From an uncultured virus (IMG/VR IMGVR_UViG_2576861188_000003) (lineage: Duplodnaviria; Heunggongvirae; Uroviricota; Caudoviricetes): 64,000 nucleotides of DNA. A program made the position numbers and the translations under genes. The stretch lies in IMG/VR virus record IMGVR_UViG_2576861188_000003; one strand, given 5' to 3'. Positions 19,514 to 29,790 of this stretch are shown in pieces. The first letter of the stretch is position 1; each line of letters opens with the position of its first letter. Below the pieces are notes generated by a model. It ran no database searches, was not told the origin of the DNA, and saw only the letters and a list, made by a program, of their open reading frames with translations.

Positions 19514-21280
19514 ATGAACACCACACTGACCCCCGCAGACCTCGATCCCCGTCGGCAGGCCATGCTGCTGTACTTTCAGGGATACCGCGTAGCCCGCATT
19601 GCTGAAATGCTGGGCGAGAAAGTTGCAACCGTTCACAGCTGGAAGAAGCGCGACAAATGGGGCGACTATGGGCCCCTGGATCAGATGCAGCTCACCACCG
19701 CCGCACGTTACTGCCAGCTCATTATGAAGGAGCAGAAAGAAGGGAAAGACTTCAAGGAAATTGACCTGCTGGCGCGCCAGTCAGAGCGCCACGCCCGGAT
19801 TGGTAAATTCAATGATGGCGGTAACGAAGCGGACTTAAATCCGAACGTTGCCAACCGCAACAAAGGCCCGCGCAGGCAGCCCGAAAAGAACGTTTTCACC
19901 GATGAACAGACCGAAAAGCTGGAAGAAATCTTCCGTAATGGCATGTTTGAATATCAGCGCCACTGGTGGCAGGCAGGCGTAAAACACCGCATTCGCAACC
20001 TGCTTAAATCACGTCAGATTGGGGCAACATACTTTTTTGCCCGCGAAGCGCTGATTGACGCCATCACCACCGGGCGCAACCAGATCTTCCTCTCAGCCAG
20101 TAAGGCGCAGGCGCACGTTTTTAAGCAGTACATCATCGACTTTGCAAAAGAGGTGGATGTTGAGCTGAAAGGCGACCCGATGACGCTCAGCAACGGCGCG
20201 TGCCTGTACTTCCTCGGCACCAACGCCCGCACAGCGCAGAGCTACCACGGCAACCTGTACCTTGATGAATATTTCTGGATACCGAAATTCCAGGAGCTGC
20301 GCAAGGTTGCCTCCGGCATGGCCATTCACAAGAAATGGCGACAAACCTACTTCTCCACGCCGTCCAGCCTGACCCACAGCGCCTATCCGTTCTGGTCCGG
20401 CGCGCTGTTCAACCGGGGCCGCGCCAAAGCGGACAAGGTGGATATTGACCTGACCCACAGCAACCTTGCGCGCGGCGCGCTCTGTCCGGACGGACAGTAT
20501 CGCCAGATCGTCACCGTGGAGGATGCGGTGCGCGGTGGCTGTAATCTGTTCGACCTTGACCAGCTGCGCATGGAGTACAGTCCGGACGAATACCAGAACC
20601 TGCTGATGTGCGAATTTATTGACGATCTGGCGTCAGTGTTCCCGCTCAGCGAGCTGCAGGCGTGCATGGTGGACAGCTGGGAAGTCTGGTCCGATTTTCA
20701 GGCGCTGGCGCTGCGTCCTTTTGGCTGGCGCGAAGTCTGGATCGGATACGACCCGGCGAAAGGCACGCAGAACGGTGACAGCGCCGGGTGTGTGGTGGTG
20801 GCACCGCCAACCGTGCCGGGCGGCAAGTTCCGCATACTTGAGCGGCACCAGTGGCGCGGGATGGACTTCCGCGCCCAGGCTGACGCCATCAAAAAGCTGA
20901 CGCAGCAGTACAACGTGACCTATATCGGCATCGACTCGACCGGTGTCGGTCACGGTGTCTACGAGAACGTGAAAGCGTTCTTTCCTGCGGTGCGGGAGTT
21001 TGTCTACAACCCCAACGTCAAAAACGCACTGGTGCTCAAGGCATACGACATTATCAGCCACCGCCGCCTGGAGTTTGACGCCGGGCACACCGACATTGCG
21101 CAGTCCTTTATGGCAATCCGCCGGGCCACCACCGCCAGCGGCAACCGCCCAACCTACGAAGCCAGCCGCAGCGAAGAAGCCAGCCACGCAGATTTGGCCT
21201 GGGCAACGATGCACGCGCTGTTTAACGAACCGCTGCAGGGCGAGGCCGCCAATACCAGCAATATTGTGGAGATTTTTTGA
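19514..21280 (+). CDS. Terminase ATPase subunit gpP
   Basis: LKSRQIGAT, LYLDE, IGYDPA, HADLAWA. Confidence 0.95.
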   Translation: MNTTLTPADLDPRRQAMLLYFQGYRVARIAEMLGEKVATVHSWKKRDKWGDYGPLDQMQLTTAARYCQLIMKEQKEGKDFKEIDLLARQSERHARIGKFNDGGNEADLNPNVANRNKGPRRQPEKNVFTDEQTEKLEEIFRNGMFEYQRHWWQAGVKHRIRNLLKSRQIGATYFFAREALIDAITTGRNQIFLSASKAQAHVFKQYIIDFAKEVDVELKGDPMTLSNGACLYFLGTNARTAQSYHGNLYLDEYFWIPKFQELRKVASGMAIHKKWRQTYFSTPSSLTHSAYPFWSGALFNRGRAKADKVDIDLTHSNLARGALCPDGQYRQIVTVEDAVRGGCNLFDLDQLRMEYSPDEYQNLLMCEFIDDLASVFPLSELQACMVDSWEVWSDFQALALRPFGWREVWIGYDPAKGTQNGDSAGCVVVAPPTVPGGKFRILERHQWRGMDFRAQADAIKKLTQQYNVTYIGIDSTGVGHGVYENVKAFFPAVREFVYNPNVKNALVLKAYDIISHRRLEFDAGHTDIAQSFMAIRRATTASGNRPTYEASRSEEASHADLAWATMHALFNEPLQGEAANTSNIVEIF

Positions 21281-22317
21281 TGAGTGAACACGACGCCCTG
21301 ACCAGTGCGCCAGTGCAGGAAACCGCACAGCAGAAGAACACAACGCACGCCGAAGCATTCAGCTTTGGTGATCCGATCCCAGTGCTGGACCGCCGCGAAT
21401 TACTGGACTATGTGGAATGCGTGCAGATGGACCGCTGGTATGAGCCGCCGGTGAGCTTTGACGGACTGGCGCGGACCTATCGCGCCGCCGTGCATCACAG
21501 CTCACCGATTGCCGTTAAGCGTGACATTCTCAGCAGTACCTTCATCCCGCACCGCCTGCTCAGCCAGCAGGCTTTTACCCGTTTCGTCCAGGACTATCTG
21601 GTGTTCGGTAACGCCTATCTGGAAAAGCGCACCAACCGGCTCGGCGGCGTTCTCTCGCTGGAGCCAGCACTGGCGAAGTATACACGGCGCGGCGTGGACC
21701 TCGACACCTACTGGTTTGTGCAGTATGGCATGACCACGCAGCCCTATGAATTTACGCAGGGCAGCATCTTTCATCTGCTGGAGCCGGATATTAACCAGGA
21801 GATTTACGGGCTGCCAGGCTATCTCTCCGCCATCCCTTCAACCCTGCTCAACGAGTCCGCAACGCTGTTTCGCCGGAAGTATTACATCAACGGCAGCCAC
21901 GCAGGTTTCATTATGTACATGACTGACGCAGCACAGAACCAGGAGGATGTGAACAATATCCGCCAGGCAATGAAAAGCGCCAAAGGACCGGGTAACTTCC
22001 GCAACCTGTTTATGTATTCGCCCAACGGCAAAAAGGACGGCATCCAGATCATCCCGTTATCAGAGGTTGCGGCGAAAGACGAGTTTCTTAACATCAAGAA
22101 CGTTAGTCGCGATGACATGATGGCAGCGCACCGCGTGCCACCGCAGATGATGGGAATTATGCCGAGCAACGTTGGTGGGTTTGGAGACGTGGAAAAAGCT
22201 AGTCGAGTATTCGTTCGTAATGAATTGATTCCACTTCAAAAAAGATTAATGGAATTAAATGAATGGCTTAATGACGAAATTATTCGTTTTGACGAATATA
22301 AATTAGGCGATGCTTGA
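21280..22317 (+). CDS. Portal protein gpQ
   Basis: EAFSFGDPIPVLD; AAHRVPPQMMG. Confidence 0.95.
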   Translation: MSEHDALTSAPVQETAQQKNTTHAEAFSFGDPIPVLDRRELLDYVECVQMDRWYEPPVSFDGLARTYRAAVHHSSPIAVKRDILSSTFIPHRLLSQQAFTRFVQDYLVFGNAYLEKRTNRLGGVLSLEPALAKYTRRGVDLDTYWFVQYGMTTQPYEFTQGSIFHLLEPDINQEIYGLPGYLSAIPSTLLNESATLFRRKYYINGSHAGFIMYMTDAAQNQEDVNNIRQAMKSAKGPGNFRNLFMYSPNGKKDGIQIIPLSEVAAKDEFLNIKNVSRDDMMAAHRVPPQMMGIMPSNVGGFGDVEKASRVFVRNELIPLQKRLMELNEWLNDEIIRFDEYKLGDA

Positions 22318-22326
22318 TTAAAGCCT

Positions 22327-22360
22327 GTTTAAACTGGCTGTCGAAACAGCCCGTTTAAAC
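22327..22360. terminator. Hairpin between convergent portal and accessory cassette
   Basis: GTTTAAAC-TGGCTGT-CGAA-ACAGCCC-GTTTAAAC. Confidence 0.6.
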
Positions 22361-23203
22361 ACCGGCACCAATGAAATCGCCATATGAATCTTCTTCAAGG
22401 CTGATGTATTCAACCCTCCATTGATCCATCCGCCTCAATGCATACAGGGAGAAATGAGTATCGGCAACAGCAATGCACGTATTCAATTCTATAAGCTCTG
22501 AATGTCCCAAGATTGGATCACCATAAAACTTATAAAACAATGCCTTTAGATCAGAACAGGTTTGTTCAGCCGCCCCTCTGGCATCGGGGCCACCTTCAGT
22601 TGCATCATAAACAACATTGATAGAAAGCTCATATGGTATGCCTTCCTCAAGATCGTTAAATCTTTCTTCGCCCAAATCGAAAAAAACTCCGATCAAATGC
22701 TCTGCGTTTGTGGCGATAATGTCCGCAACTTCTTTTTCGAAAATAAACTTTTTATCCTCGTCGTAAGCCCGCAAGCGCTCTTCAAACGAGTTAGGAAACG
22801 CTGGACGACCATACTTAGCTGCTAACCATTGCTTAAGAGCTTGTTTCTCTTCTGTGCTAATGGAGAATGCCGGATCGTTTTCCTCACAACGGAAAGCTTC
22901 TTTAGAAATGATGACTTTTCTTTCATGCCGAAGCTCAACTGCGTTCTTCTTAGCACTTTCTGGGTTTTCAAAGCATAGATCGAGGATTCTCGGATGCTTA
23001 GCTCTTTTCATCTTGCTTGACCCCTTTTTCAAGGGGCCAAACATCAGTTCCACGTTTTTTTCAGAATTACTCTGTAAATCACAATCATGCGTTATAACTA
23101 CAACTTTATGGTTCGTTTCATCAGGCTTCAGAAGTCCAAGTGAAACGGCATCATCATGTTTAAGAACATGCCCCTGACGCCATGATGTTCCTCGTACCAA
23201 CAT
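22355..23203 (-). CDS. Hypothetical protein, 282 aa, third gene of hotspot cassette
   Basis: Long AT-rich ORF starting 9 nt after the previous stop; motifs SWRQG, VVVITHDCDL, WLAAKYGRPAFP. Confidence 0.8.
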   Translation of the reverse strand: MLVRGTSWRQGHVLKHDDAVSLGLLKPDETNHKVVVITHDCDLQSNSEKNVELMFGPLKKGSSKMKRAKHPRILDLCFENPESAKKNAVELRHERKVIISKEAFRCEENDPAFSISTEEKQALKQWLAAKYGRPAFPNSFEERLRAYDEDKKFIFEKEVADIIATNAEHLIGVFFDLGEERFNDLEEGIPYELSINVVYDATEGGPDARGAAEQTCSDLKALFYKFYGDPILGHSELIELNTCIAVADTHFSLYALRRMDQWRVEYISLEEDSYGDFIGAGV

Positions 23204-23212
23204 AAATGTGAT

Positions 23213-23875
23213 TTATTCCTCTACTGTTCCAGGAATTGAAATAGATGACTTCCAATCATCTGTCGGTTTCGCCTTGCTTGCTAAGTAATTGGTCGATTCA
23301 GCAGCTGCATTCATCGCTTTAGCTTCATCAATCAGTACCTGAACTGGCTTGTTCCAATCCTCACCTTCTTTTATTAAGTCCATCAATGACCTACCATTGA
23401 ATGCTTTCATTTTCACCAATAGCTTCGCATCATTAAGTCCAGCTTTGGAAAAAGAGTCAGCAACATTACTGAGGTTGGTAATGAATTGGACTTTTGAAGC
23501 ATCATCAGGCTGGTTCTCCCCTGACAACCATTTATAGAGAGCCTGCCGAGTTATCCCCAAATCCTTAGCCAGTTCTGACATTGATGGAGACAGCACTTCT
23601 CGAATATTAGCCAAATGTTGGGCAACATTCCTGACATCAACCTCAGGAGAAATTGCAGGCGTGTACGTTGACTCTATGGAATCAAATGCAAACTGAACCC
23701 TTGGCTGAACATACTGACGCCATTGCTTATAAGCATTTACAGGGTATGAAGCCCCCGTACCAACTAATAGTAAAGATGCGGCGACAGCAACAACACCTGA
23801 TACACATGAGCTTGACTGCGAATCTGGAGTATACCGATCTACAGAGCCTATGCTTCCAGTAGGAATTGCATACAT
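23213..23875 (-). CDS. Xre-like HTH protein, 220 aa, antitoxin-like
   Basis: RBS GGAGGTGA; HTH SMSELAKDLGITRQALYKWLSGENQP. Confidence 0.8.
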   Translation of the reverse strand: MYAIPTGSIGSVDRYTPDSQSSSCVSGVVAVAASLLLVGTGASYPVNAYKQWRQYVQPRVQFAFDSIESTYTPAISPEVDVRNVAQHLANIREVLSPSMSELAKDLGITRQALYKWLSGENQPDDASKVQFITNLSNVADSFSKAGLNDAKLLVKMKAFNGRSLMDLIKEGEDWNKPVQVLIDEAKAMNAAAESTNYLASKAKPTDDWKSSISIPGTVEE

Positions 23876-23894
23876 TTTAGTCACCTCCGTTGTT

Positions 23895-24704
23895 TCAGTG
23901 CCATTTAGCACGGGCAAAATCTGAAACCATGCCTTCAAATGCTTCTTTAACTTTACTATGCAACGAAAGAATCTGTTTTTCAATTAACTGCAAATCAGTT
24001 GACATGTTGCCTTCAACATAATGATCTGTATCAATTATTGCGTGCATACGATGCTCTGTATTACTAAATCTCGGCAGCGGCAGTAAACCATTAGGAATCA
24101 TATCTGGCGGAAAACCTAGCTGACCATTCATCTTATGTATGCGTGAAACCATAAATCCATTAGAGATCAGTGGCTCAACACATGTCTGATATACAGACTC
24201 TTGTATGGACTGTATTGGCGTCCATCCAAAATCAACACCATGAAGTTCCTTTACAAGATACTGCTCAATTGTTTCGTTTTTCTCAGGAAACACAGCATCC
24301 AAATATCGAAGCCCAATCCTGCTTACCAACGATGGCTTAGCAAATTCAAGAACTTTGCTCAGACCAAGTATTAATGACGAGATGAAAGGTACATGATTAT
24401 CATAATCTGTTGTATGGAACGTAATGAAATCGTTGCCTAAAACAAAACCAGACCTTCTATCTGCATCAATCATCAACCAACTTGTCACAGGCTCAAATGA
24501 ATGTACCGGTGGCTCATTGGGGTTTTTCATTTCAAATTTCAGCTGAGTTGTATTGGAAACTTCAAATAAAGGAAATCCTTCAACTCTTAGCGCATCTTGT
24601 ATGTCTGGAACATACTTACTCATTGCAGCTACTGGAGTAAACTTTACTTGCACCAATGCGTAGTAAACGGGCGCATTGGACATACGTTCGCTGTTAGTAC
24701 TCAT
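23895..24704 (-). CDS. TIGR04255-like protein, 269 aa
   Basis: RBS AAGGAGG; NAPVYYALVQVKF, RIGLRYLD and IIDTD motifs as recalled for this family. Confidence 0.72.
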   Translation of the reverse strand: MSTNSERMSNAPVYYALVQVKFTPVAAMSKYVPDIQDALRVEGFPLFEVSNTTQLKFEMKNPNEPPVHSFEPVTSWLMIDADRRSGFVLGNDFITFHTTDYDNHVPFISSLILGLSKVLEFAKPSLVSRIGLRYLDAVFPEKNETIEQYLVKELHGVDFGWTPIQSIQESVYQTCVEPLISNGFMVSRIHKMNGQLGFPPDMIPNGLLPLPRFSNTEHRMHAIIDTDHYVEGNMSTDLQLIEKQILSLHSKVKEAFEGMVSDFARAKWH

Positions 24705-24844
24705 GCCGCCCTCCTTGAAGTTGTTTCATCTCATATCTCTCTATCTCACTAACTGTAGTTTACACATAGGTTGACACTTTCTCCATCATTAAGTTCACTA
24801 TGACATCAATAGCCAAAACTCTTACATAATCGCTTCGGCGCGCG

Positions 24845-24863
24845 CTCGTGTCCCCGCCACGCC
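24845..24863 (-). other. cos site of the P2-like prophage (19 nt)
   Basis: GGCGTGGCGGGGACACGAG resembles the P2/186 cohesive ends (GGCG.GGCGGGGAAAGCA.); CATGC repeats nearby. Confidence 0.8.
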
Positions 24864-24908
24864 TGCCCGCTTTGTGTAGTGGTTTTCATGCACCTGCATG
24901 ACATAAGC

Positions 24909-24932
24909 AAAAGCCCGCCAGTTCTGGCGGGC
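24909..24932 (-). terminator. Terminator downstream of the tum-like operon
   Basis: GCCCGCCAG-AA-CTGGCGGGC-TTTT on minus strand. Confidence 0.7.
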
Positions 24933-25066
24933 CCGAGCAAAAACGATCCTCAAACGATCATGCGATTTCATGCGGCATAGACATGCACAACAGCACTAAC
25001 GCCTCGCGTGGCTCGTTGTTCAACGTTGCGGACGGTAAAAACCAGTTTTATCGTCCGCAACGTTCG

Positions 25067-25300
25067 CTAATGTAACCAGCTGTCGTCCTCCCAGACCTGC
25101 TGCATTATTTCCATCACTCGCTTTTTATCTTCATCCAGTTTTAACCCGCTCAGCTCAACGCCGTTGGCGCTGCCCTTACGGATACGAATTGCTGTTTTGG
25201 GATACAGAGGGCGCAAATTACGGTAAAGCTCGGATTCAAGGGCGTCCAGTGTAGCCTGGCTAATCTTCTGCTCTTTATCGATCATTATTTCAATGCGCAT
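25067..25300 (-). CDS. DinI-family protein (TumB-like)
   Basis: MRIEIMIDK...IRIRKGSANGVELSG...QQVWEDDSW. Confidence 0.85.
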   Translation of the reverse strand: MRIEIMIDKEQKISQATLDALESELYRNLRPLYPKTAIRIRKGSANGVELSGLKLDEDKKRVMEIMQQVWEDDSWLH

Positions 25301-25311
25301 ACAGATTCCCC

Positions 25312-25500
25312 TTAACTGGTTACGTCCATCGACCGGCAGTATTCATGGCTGCGGATTTTCGCCATCAGCTCGTCGGTCAGTTCGGACACCCACTGGATAG
25401 CCAGCCGTTTTTCTTCATCGCTGCACTCACTAGCCGCTACAAGCTTGATAAAAAAATCAATGCGCTGGAGCTTCAATGACTCCAAAAGATAATCCTGCAT
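25312..25500 (-). CDS. Tum-like antirepressor (TumA-like)
   Basis: RBS GGAGG; follows gpA and LexA boxes, as phage 186 tum does; 62 aa. Confidence 0.65.
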   Translation of the reverse strand: MQDYLLESLKLQRIDFFIKLVAASECSDEEKRLAIQWVSELTDELMAKIRSHEYCRSMDVTS

Positions 25501-25534
25501 TTTCCCTCCTATCACTACCTCGGACACACAACAA

Positions 25535-25565
25535 CTGTATATATATCCACTGTTTATAATTACAG
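25535..25565. promoter_or_regulatory. Tandem LexA (SOS) boxes
   Basis: CTG-TTTATAATTA-CAG (25550-25565) and CTG-TATATATATC-CAC (25535-25550, one mismatch). Confidence 0.82.
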
Positions 25566-25661
25566 TATAGTAGGGATTTGCGAATGTAAACCGTTTTTTA
25601 TCTGTCAATTAGATCGCTCTGATGCGGATCAATAAGAGCAAGAATTGTTAAAGCGGCGGCA

Positions 25662-28070
25662 TCAGCACCACTGACGCCATTTGTCATCTTCCTGCAGACG
25701 GTAGTTGCGGTATAAAATACGCAGCCCGGCACCTGACGGAATACTGCCGCCGCGCAGAAGCAGGTCAATCTCTGACTCGCTACCATCGAACCCTCTGGAA
25801 CTCAGTTCTGCCTCAAGCTGCAGGCGCTGCTGATCCGAAATATTCTGTTTATATGCTTTTTTCCGCTTCGTTTTTACCAGCCTTAACCTGGCTGTCAGCT
25901 CCCGCCGTTCCTTATGGCCCATGTTGTGGAGATATTCCTGCAGCTCCTTCTCATCCATGGTTTTAATATCGGGTAAATCACCCCCTGATTTGTTCAGATT
26001 TTCAACAGGGGGACAGTTATTGCCACGAGTCCAAGGGGCGCAAGCGCCCTGGTCGGCTGCCGCCTCCTGAACGTCAACGGCCTTACGAACCTTTTTCCAC
26101 TTCACCGCGTGCGTGCAAATCTTGCCCTCCGCAATCGGGGACCAGATGCCATAGATACGGATACCGTGATCGCCGTAGGCGCTCGGCTCGTCGTTAAGCT
26201 CATATGCCGTGCGGACAAGGTGATGTTTGCGGGGAACCAGCACACCGCCCTGCTTCATGATGTAGGTGGCAAAGCAGCCCGCATCAGCCGCCGCCAGCAC
26301 CGCATCCAGGCGCGGATTATCCAGTACCGGCTCACCCGCTTTGCGTTCGCCCTGCACTCTCGCCGCCTGACCAGCCAGCAAGCGCAGCTCGCGGTATGCC
26401 TGACGCCCCGGAATGCCAAAGAAGCGAAATTGCTGGACACGGTGCAGTGACGCCCAGGCGCTGACATGCTCGGCGCTGTCACGCAGTGATCTGCCTGTTT
26501 CTTTGCTAATTTCTTTAGCCAGCCCGCGCCCGTCGATGTTCTTGCTGATGTATTTGGCGATATAGCTGGTCGGCGTACCCTTGCGCGGGTTGATAAGCTC
26601 GGACTTGAAGCGCGGCCCCGTATTGGTGCCCAGCTCCTCGCGGTCTTCACGGATGGCAAACTTACGCAGCAGTGCGGTGATGGAACGGCGGTCTTTTTTG
26701 CGCATGAAGCACAACAGATGCCAGTGCACGGTGCCGTCGTGGTGCGGCTCTGCCACCCGGACGCCATACCAGCGCAGCCCGGCCTTGTGCATTGCCTTGC
26801 GAAAAGCGGCGAAGGTATCAACCAGATAATCACTGCTCTGCCGGACAGTGGCGCTGGTCCATTTCGGATTAGGTCTGCCGTTGTTGAGGGTTGCGTGGAA
26901 GCGTGACGGGCAGGTGATGGTATAGAACACCGCACAGTCGCCGCGCATTTCCGCTATCAGCTCCAGCCCCTTAACACAGGCCATCATTTCATTACGGCGG
27001 TGTGCCGGGTTGCTGTTGCTGGCGTTCACCACGTCTTCCATGTCCAGCGTGTCGCCGTCTTCGTTGACCAGCTCATGCGAGCGGAAGAACTCCAGCGATT
27101 TGCGGCGCTGCTCGCGTTTATGGATTACGGCTTCATAGCTGACATACGGGGACGCTTTTTTGTTGACCAGGCAGACGGCGCGCAGCTGTTCCTCCCGCCA
27201 CTCGCAGCGCATCTGCCACAGTTTGCGATACCACCAGTCCGCGCACAGCATACGCGCCAGCGACGGTGGGATCAGTTCATAAGGCACTGGCTTGCGGCGG
27301 CGCTTCTTGCGGCGCAGCTGCTCAAACGCTGGCGGGATGACCTCAAGGCGCATGGCTTCTGCAGCAACCCTTTCCCATGCCTGGCGGATTTCTTCTGGTT
27401 TTACATCATCGCTGACGAACAGATCACCGCAGGACGCATCGAGACACATGCTCATATGTGCCGCAACCAGCGTGGAAAGGCGCTTGACCTGATCCTGATT
27501 CATTTCAGGCAGTACCAGCAGCCCCTCCAACCCGTCATAGCTCGCCATGAACCGGAAAGAGGCAGACACCTGGCTTTCACGCACGCGCTCCAGCCGCTCA
27601 AGACACGGCCTGATTGTTTCGCGCAGGTAGCGGGAATAAGCCTTTGCCCTGCCCAAGCTATGGAAATATTTAATCCGTTCCAGCAAAGGCTTGCTGATGT
27701 GGTGCGGCATGGCGTTAACGTCAGCCAGAATGACCAGTTCGGGATTAAAACGCTGCTGCTCGCGCGCCATTTTGGCACGACTAATCAGCCGGTCCTGCTC
27801 CATTTCACACTGGACAGGATCACGGGATTCATTGAAGAAATAGCGTTCCCAGACCTCATCGCTCAGCGCCTCACGGCGCAGCTGCTCCTGCTCGTTATCC
27901 GCAGCGTAAAGAGCAATCAGGTTTGAAAGCGCAGACTCCGGCGCAACTTCCGCCGGGTCCAGATATGGGTTAACCGCTTTTTTGGGGTTATTCCATGAAA
28001 AGGCCACGGCGGCCTCATTCGAGCCGCCGGTGGTTGCTACATTGTGGGGCGCGAACTTACCTACCGTCAC
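25662..28070 (-). CDS. Rolling-circle replication endonuclease gpA
   Basis: [38 protein letters not shown] overlap with dam. Confidence 0.95.
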   Translation of the reverse strand: MTVGKFAPHNVATTGGSNEAAVAFSWNNPKKAVNPYLDPAEVAPESALSNLIALYAADNEQEQLRREALSDEVWERYFFNESRDPVQCEMEQDRLISRAKMAREQQRFNPELVILADVNAMPHHISKPLLERIKYFHSLGRAKAYSRYLRETIRPCLERLERVRESQVSASFRFMASYDGLEGLLVLPEMNQDQVKRLSTLVAAHMSMCLDASCGDLFVSDDVKPEEIRQAWERVAAEAMRLEVIPPAFEQLRRKKRRRKPVPYELIPPSLARMLCADWWYRKLWQMRCEWREEQLRAVCLVNKKASPYVSYEAVIHKREQRRKSLEFFRSHELVNEDGDTLDMEDVVNASNSNPAHRRNEMMACVKGLELIAEMRGDCAVFYTITCPSRFHATLNNGRPNPKWTSATVRQSSDYLVDTFAAFRKAMHKAGLRWYGVRVAEPHHDGTVHWHLLCFMRKKDRRSITALLRKFAIREDREELGTNTGPRFKSELINPRKGTPTSYIAKYISKNIDGRGLAKEISKETGRSLRDSAEHVSAWASLHRVQQFRFFGIPGRQAYRELRLLAGQAARVQGERKAGEPVLDNPRLDAVLAAADAGCFATYIMKQGGVLVPRKHHLVRTAYELNDEPSAYGDHGIRIYGIWSPIAEGKICTHAVKWKKVRKAVDVQEAAADQGACAPWTRGNNCPPVENLNKSGGDLPDIKTMDEKELQEYLHNMGHKERRELTARLRLVKTKRKKAYKQNISDQQRLQLEAELSSRGFDGSESEIDLLLRGGSIPSGAGLRILYRNYRLQEDDKWRQWC

Positions 28071-28924
28071 GCCCGCACCTCTAAAATAACCGAGCACACA
28101 TCCCCGTGTGTGGAATAAACCCGGTTAAAGCGGGTAGCTCCTGAAACAGCGATGATTTCCACGTCGGACTTACCATCACCGGCAGCCACGCCCATGCTGC
28201 GCTTTGCCGTCAGCCGATAGCGGGAGAAATTACGATAGAGAGAACGGGTCAGGGATGTGTCGCTGTTGGACACGATAACCGGATGACCTTCTGATGACCG
28301 ACGCTCAAGAATAGACGCCAGATGATACTGGTCGTCCTCTGTAAAACCGGCAGTGTGATAACCGCTAAATGTGCCATCGTATGGCGGATCACAATAAACA
28401 ACATCACCAGCCTGCAGCAGCGCCAGTGTTTCATCATAGCTGGCACAAATAAACGTTGCGCGTTGAGACTTTTCGGCAAAAGCGCGTATTTCATTTTCAG
28501 GGAAATACGGATTTTTATAATTACCGTAAGGAACATTAAAATGACCGCTCAAGTTATAGCGGCACAGCCCACGATAACCATGACGATTGAGATAAAGGAA
28601 ATATACTGCTTTCATGAAATCAGTAATTTCAGAGGAATGATTAAATTCATGCCTAATGTTGTAATAAGCAACTTCTCTATTCGCAATCGCAAAAATATTT
28701 TTTGCGCGTGATATGAAAGCTTCACAATCAAGAGCAATTTTTTTATAGAGATTGATAAGATCTGGATTTATATCCGCGACAAGATAATGAGGATAGTCTG
28801 TCGCCATCATTACAGCGCATGAACCCGCGAAAGGTTCAACCAGTCGCGGGCCAGCAGGAAGGTGCTTAATCAGTTCCGGCATGATGGCGGTTTTATTTCC
28901 CGCCCATTTCAGGATAGTGCTCAT
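28067..28924 (-). CDS. dam: DNA adenine methyltransferase (Dam/D12 family)
   Basis: LKWAGNK, EPFAGS, DPPY. Confidence 0.92.
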   Translation of the reverse strand: MSTILKWAGNKTAIMPELIKHLPAGPRLVEPFAGSCAVMMATDYPHYLVADINPDLINLYKKIALDCEAFISRAKNIFAIANREVAYYNIRHEFNHSSEITDFMKAVYFLYLNRHGYRGLCRYNLSGHFNVPYGNYKNPYFPENEIRAFAEKSQRATFICASYDETLALLQAGDVVYCDPPYDGTFSGYHTAGFTEDDQYHLASILERRSSEGHPVIVSNSDTSLTRSLYRNFSRYRLTAKRSMGVAAGDGKSDVEIIAVSGATRFNRVYSTHGDVCSVILEVRA

Positions 28925-29148
28925 ACAGCACCCCCGTTGTAGTGTTTGCCTTTCAGCTCTGCAATTTCCTGACAAGTGACGCAGCACTGCACGCCCGGAA
29001 TGGCGCGGCGGCGAGCTGGCGGGATCGGCGCATCGCAATCAATGCAGAGAACACGGGAAACGCCCGGTGCCTTATTGCGGGCGGTGTGGATGTGGCGCTG
29101 GCGTTCTTCTTCAACGCGCTGCTGTACGAGGTCCATTGAATCAGCCAT
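28921..29148 (-). CDS. TraR/DksA C4 zinc-finger protein (P2 Orf82-like)
   Basis: CIDCDAPIPPARR...CVTCQ. Confidence 0.9.
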   Translation of the reverse strand: MADSMDLVQQRVEEERQRHIHTARNKAPGVSRVLCIDCDAPIPPARRRAIPGVQCCVTCQEIAELKGKHYNGGAV

Positions 29149-29381
29149 CAGTGGATCTCCTGCGCTTCGTTCTGAATCTTCACAGCTTCCTGACGCAGCA
29201 GCTCAGCCGCTTCCGTGTGGTTAAGCTGACGTGACACGATACGGGCAGCTAAAGAATCCAGACGCGCAGCCATCACATCTGCGCGTCCACGGCGTTCTTC
29301 TTTGCGTGCCTCAGTCAGCAGCAGGTTGAGTCCAGCATCATCTGGTCTGGTTTTAGTGGTACGGGTTTCAATATTTCGCAT
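29148..29381 (-). CDS. P2-family early protein (DUF2732-like)
   Basis: LLTEARKEERRGRA...EAAELLRQEA; synteny. Confidence 0.75.
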   Translation of the reverse strand: MRNIETRTTKTRPDDAGLNLLLTEARKEERRGRADVMAARLDSLAARIVSRQLNHTEAAELLRQEAVKIQNEAQEIH

Positions 29382-29448
29382 CGTTGTTTCTCCTGAATTT
29401 GGGCAATAAGAAGCCCGGCGGGTTTACGCCATTAATTTCTGTTGTGGA

Positions 29449-29790
29449 TTAATTCGGCATGGTTAGCCGTTTGGGAAATAAGCTCACCACTGCACGAAAA
29501 TGATTCATTGCTTTCACCAGTTCCCGCTTTTCGTCAGTAGTCAGATCACTAATATTGACGCCGTGACGTTCTGCCGGAATTTTTGCCATATAAAAAATGG
29601 CTGCCAGTGCCCGCTCATTCTGTTTATTATTTACGTCGCGTGGATCGCGCATATCTTTAATAAACCTTTCAAGCTCCGGCTCAATATTCAGACCAAACAC
29701 TTTAGCCCTCAATTCCGCAATATGGTTCAGTCCGTCCATACGTTCACCGGGGCTTAATGGAACAGTCGCCGTAGCGCCTTCAATAGCCAT
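29449..29790 (-). CDS. Early protein, 186 Dhr position
   Basis: GLNHIAELRAKVF; position after cII and fil. Confidence 0.65.
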   Translation of the reverse strand: MAIEGATATVPLSPGERMDGLNHIAELRAKVFGLNIEPELERFIKDMRDPRDVNNKQNERALAAIFYMAKIPAERHGVNISDLTTDEKRELVKAMNHFRAVVSLFPKRLTMPN

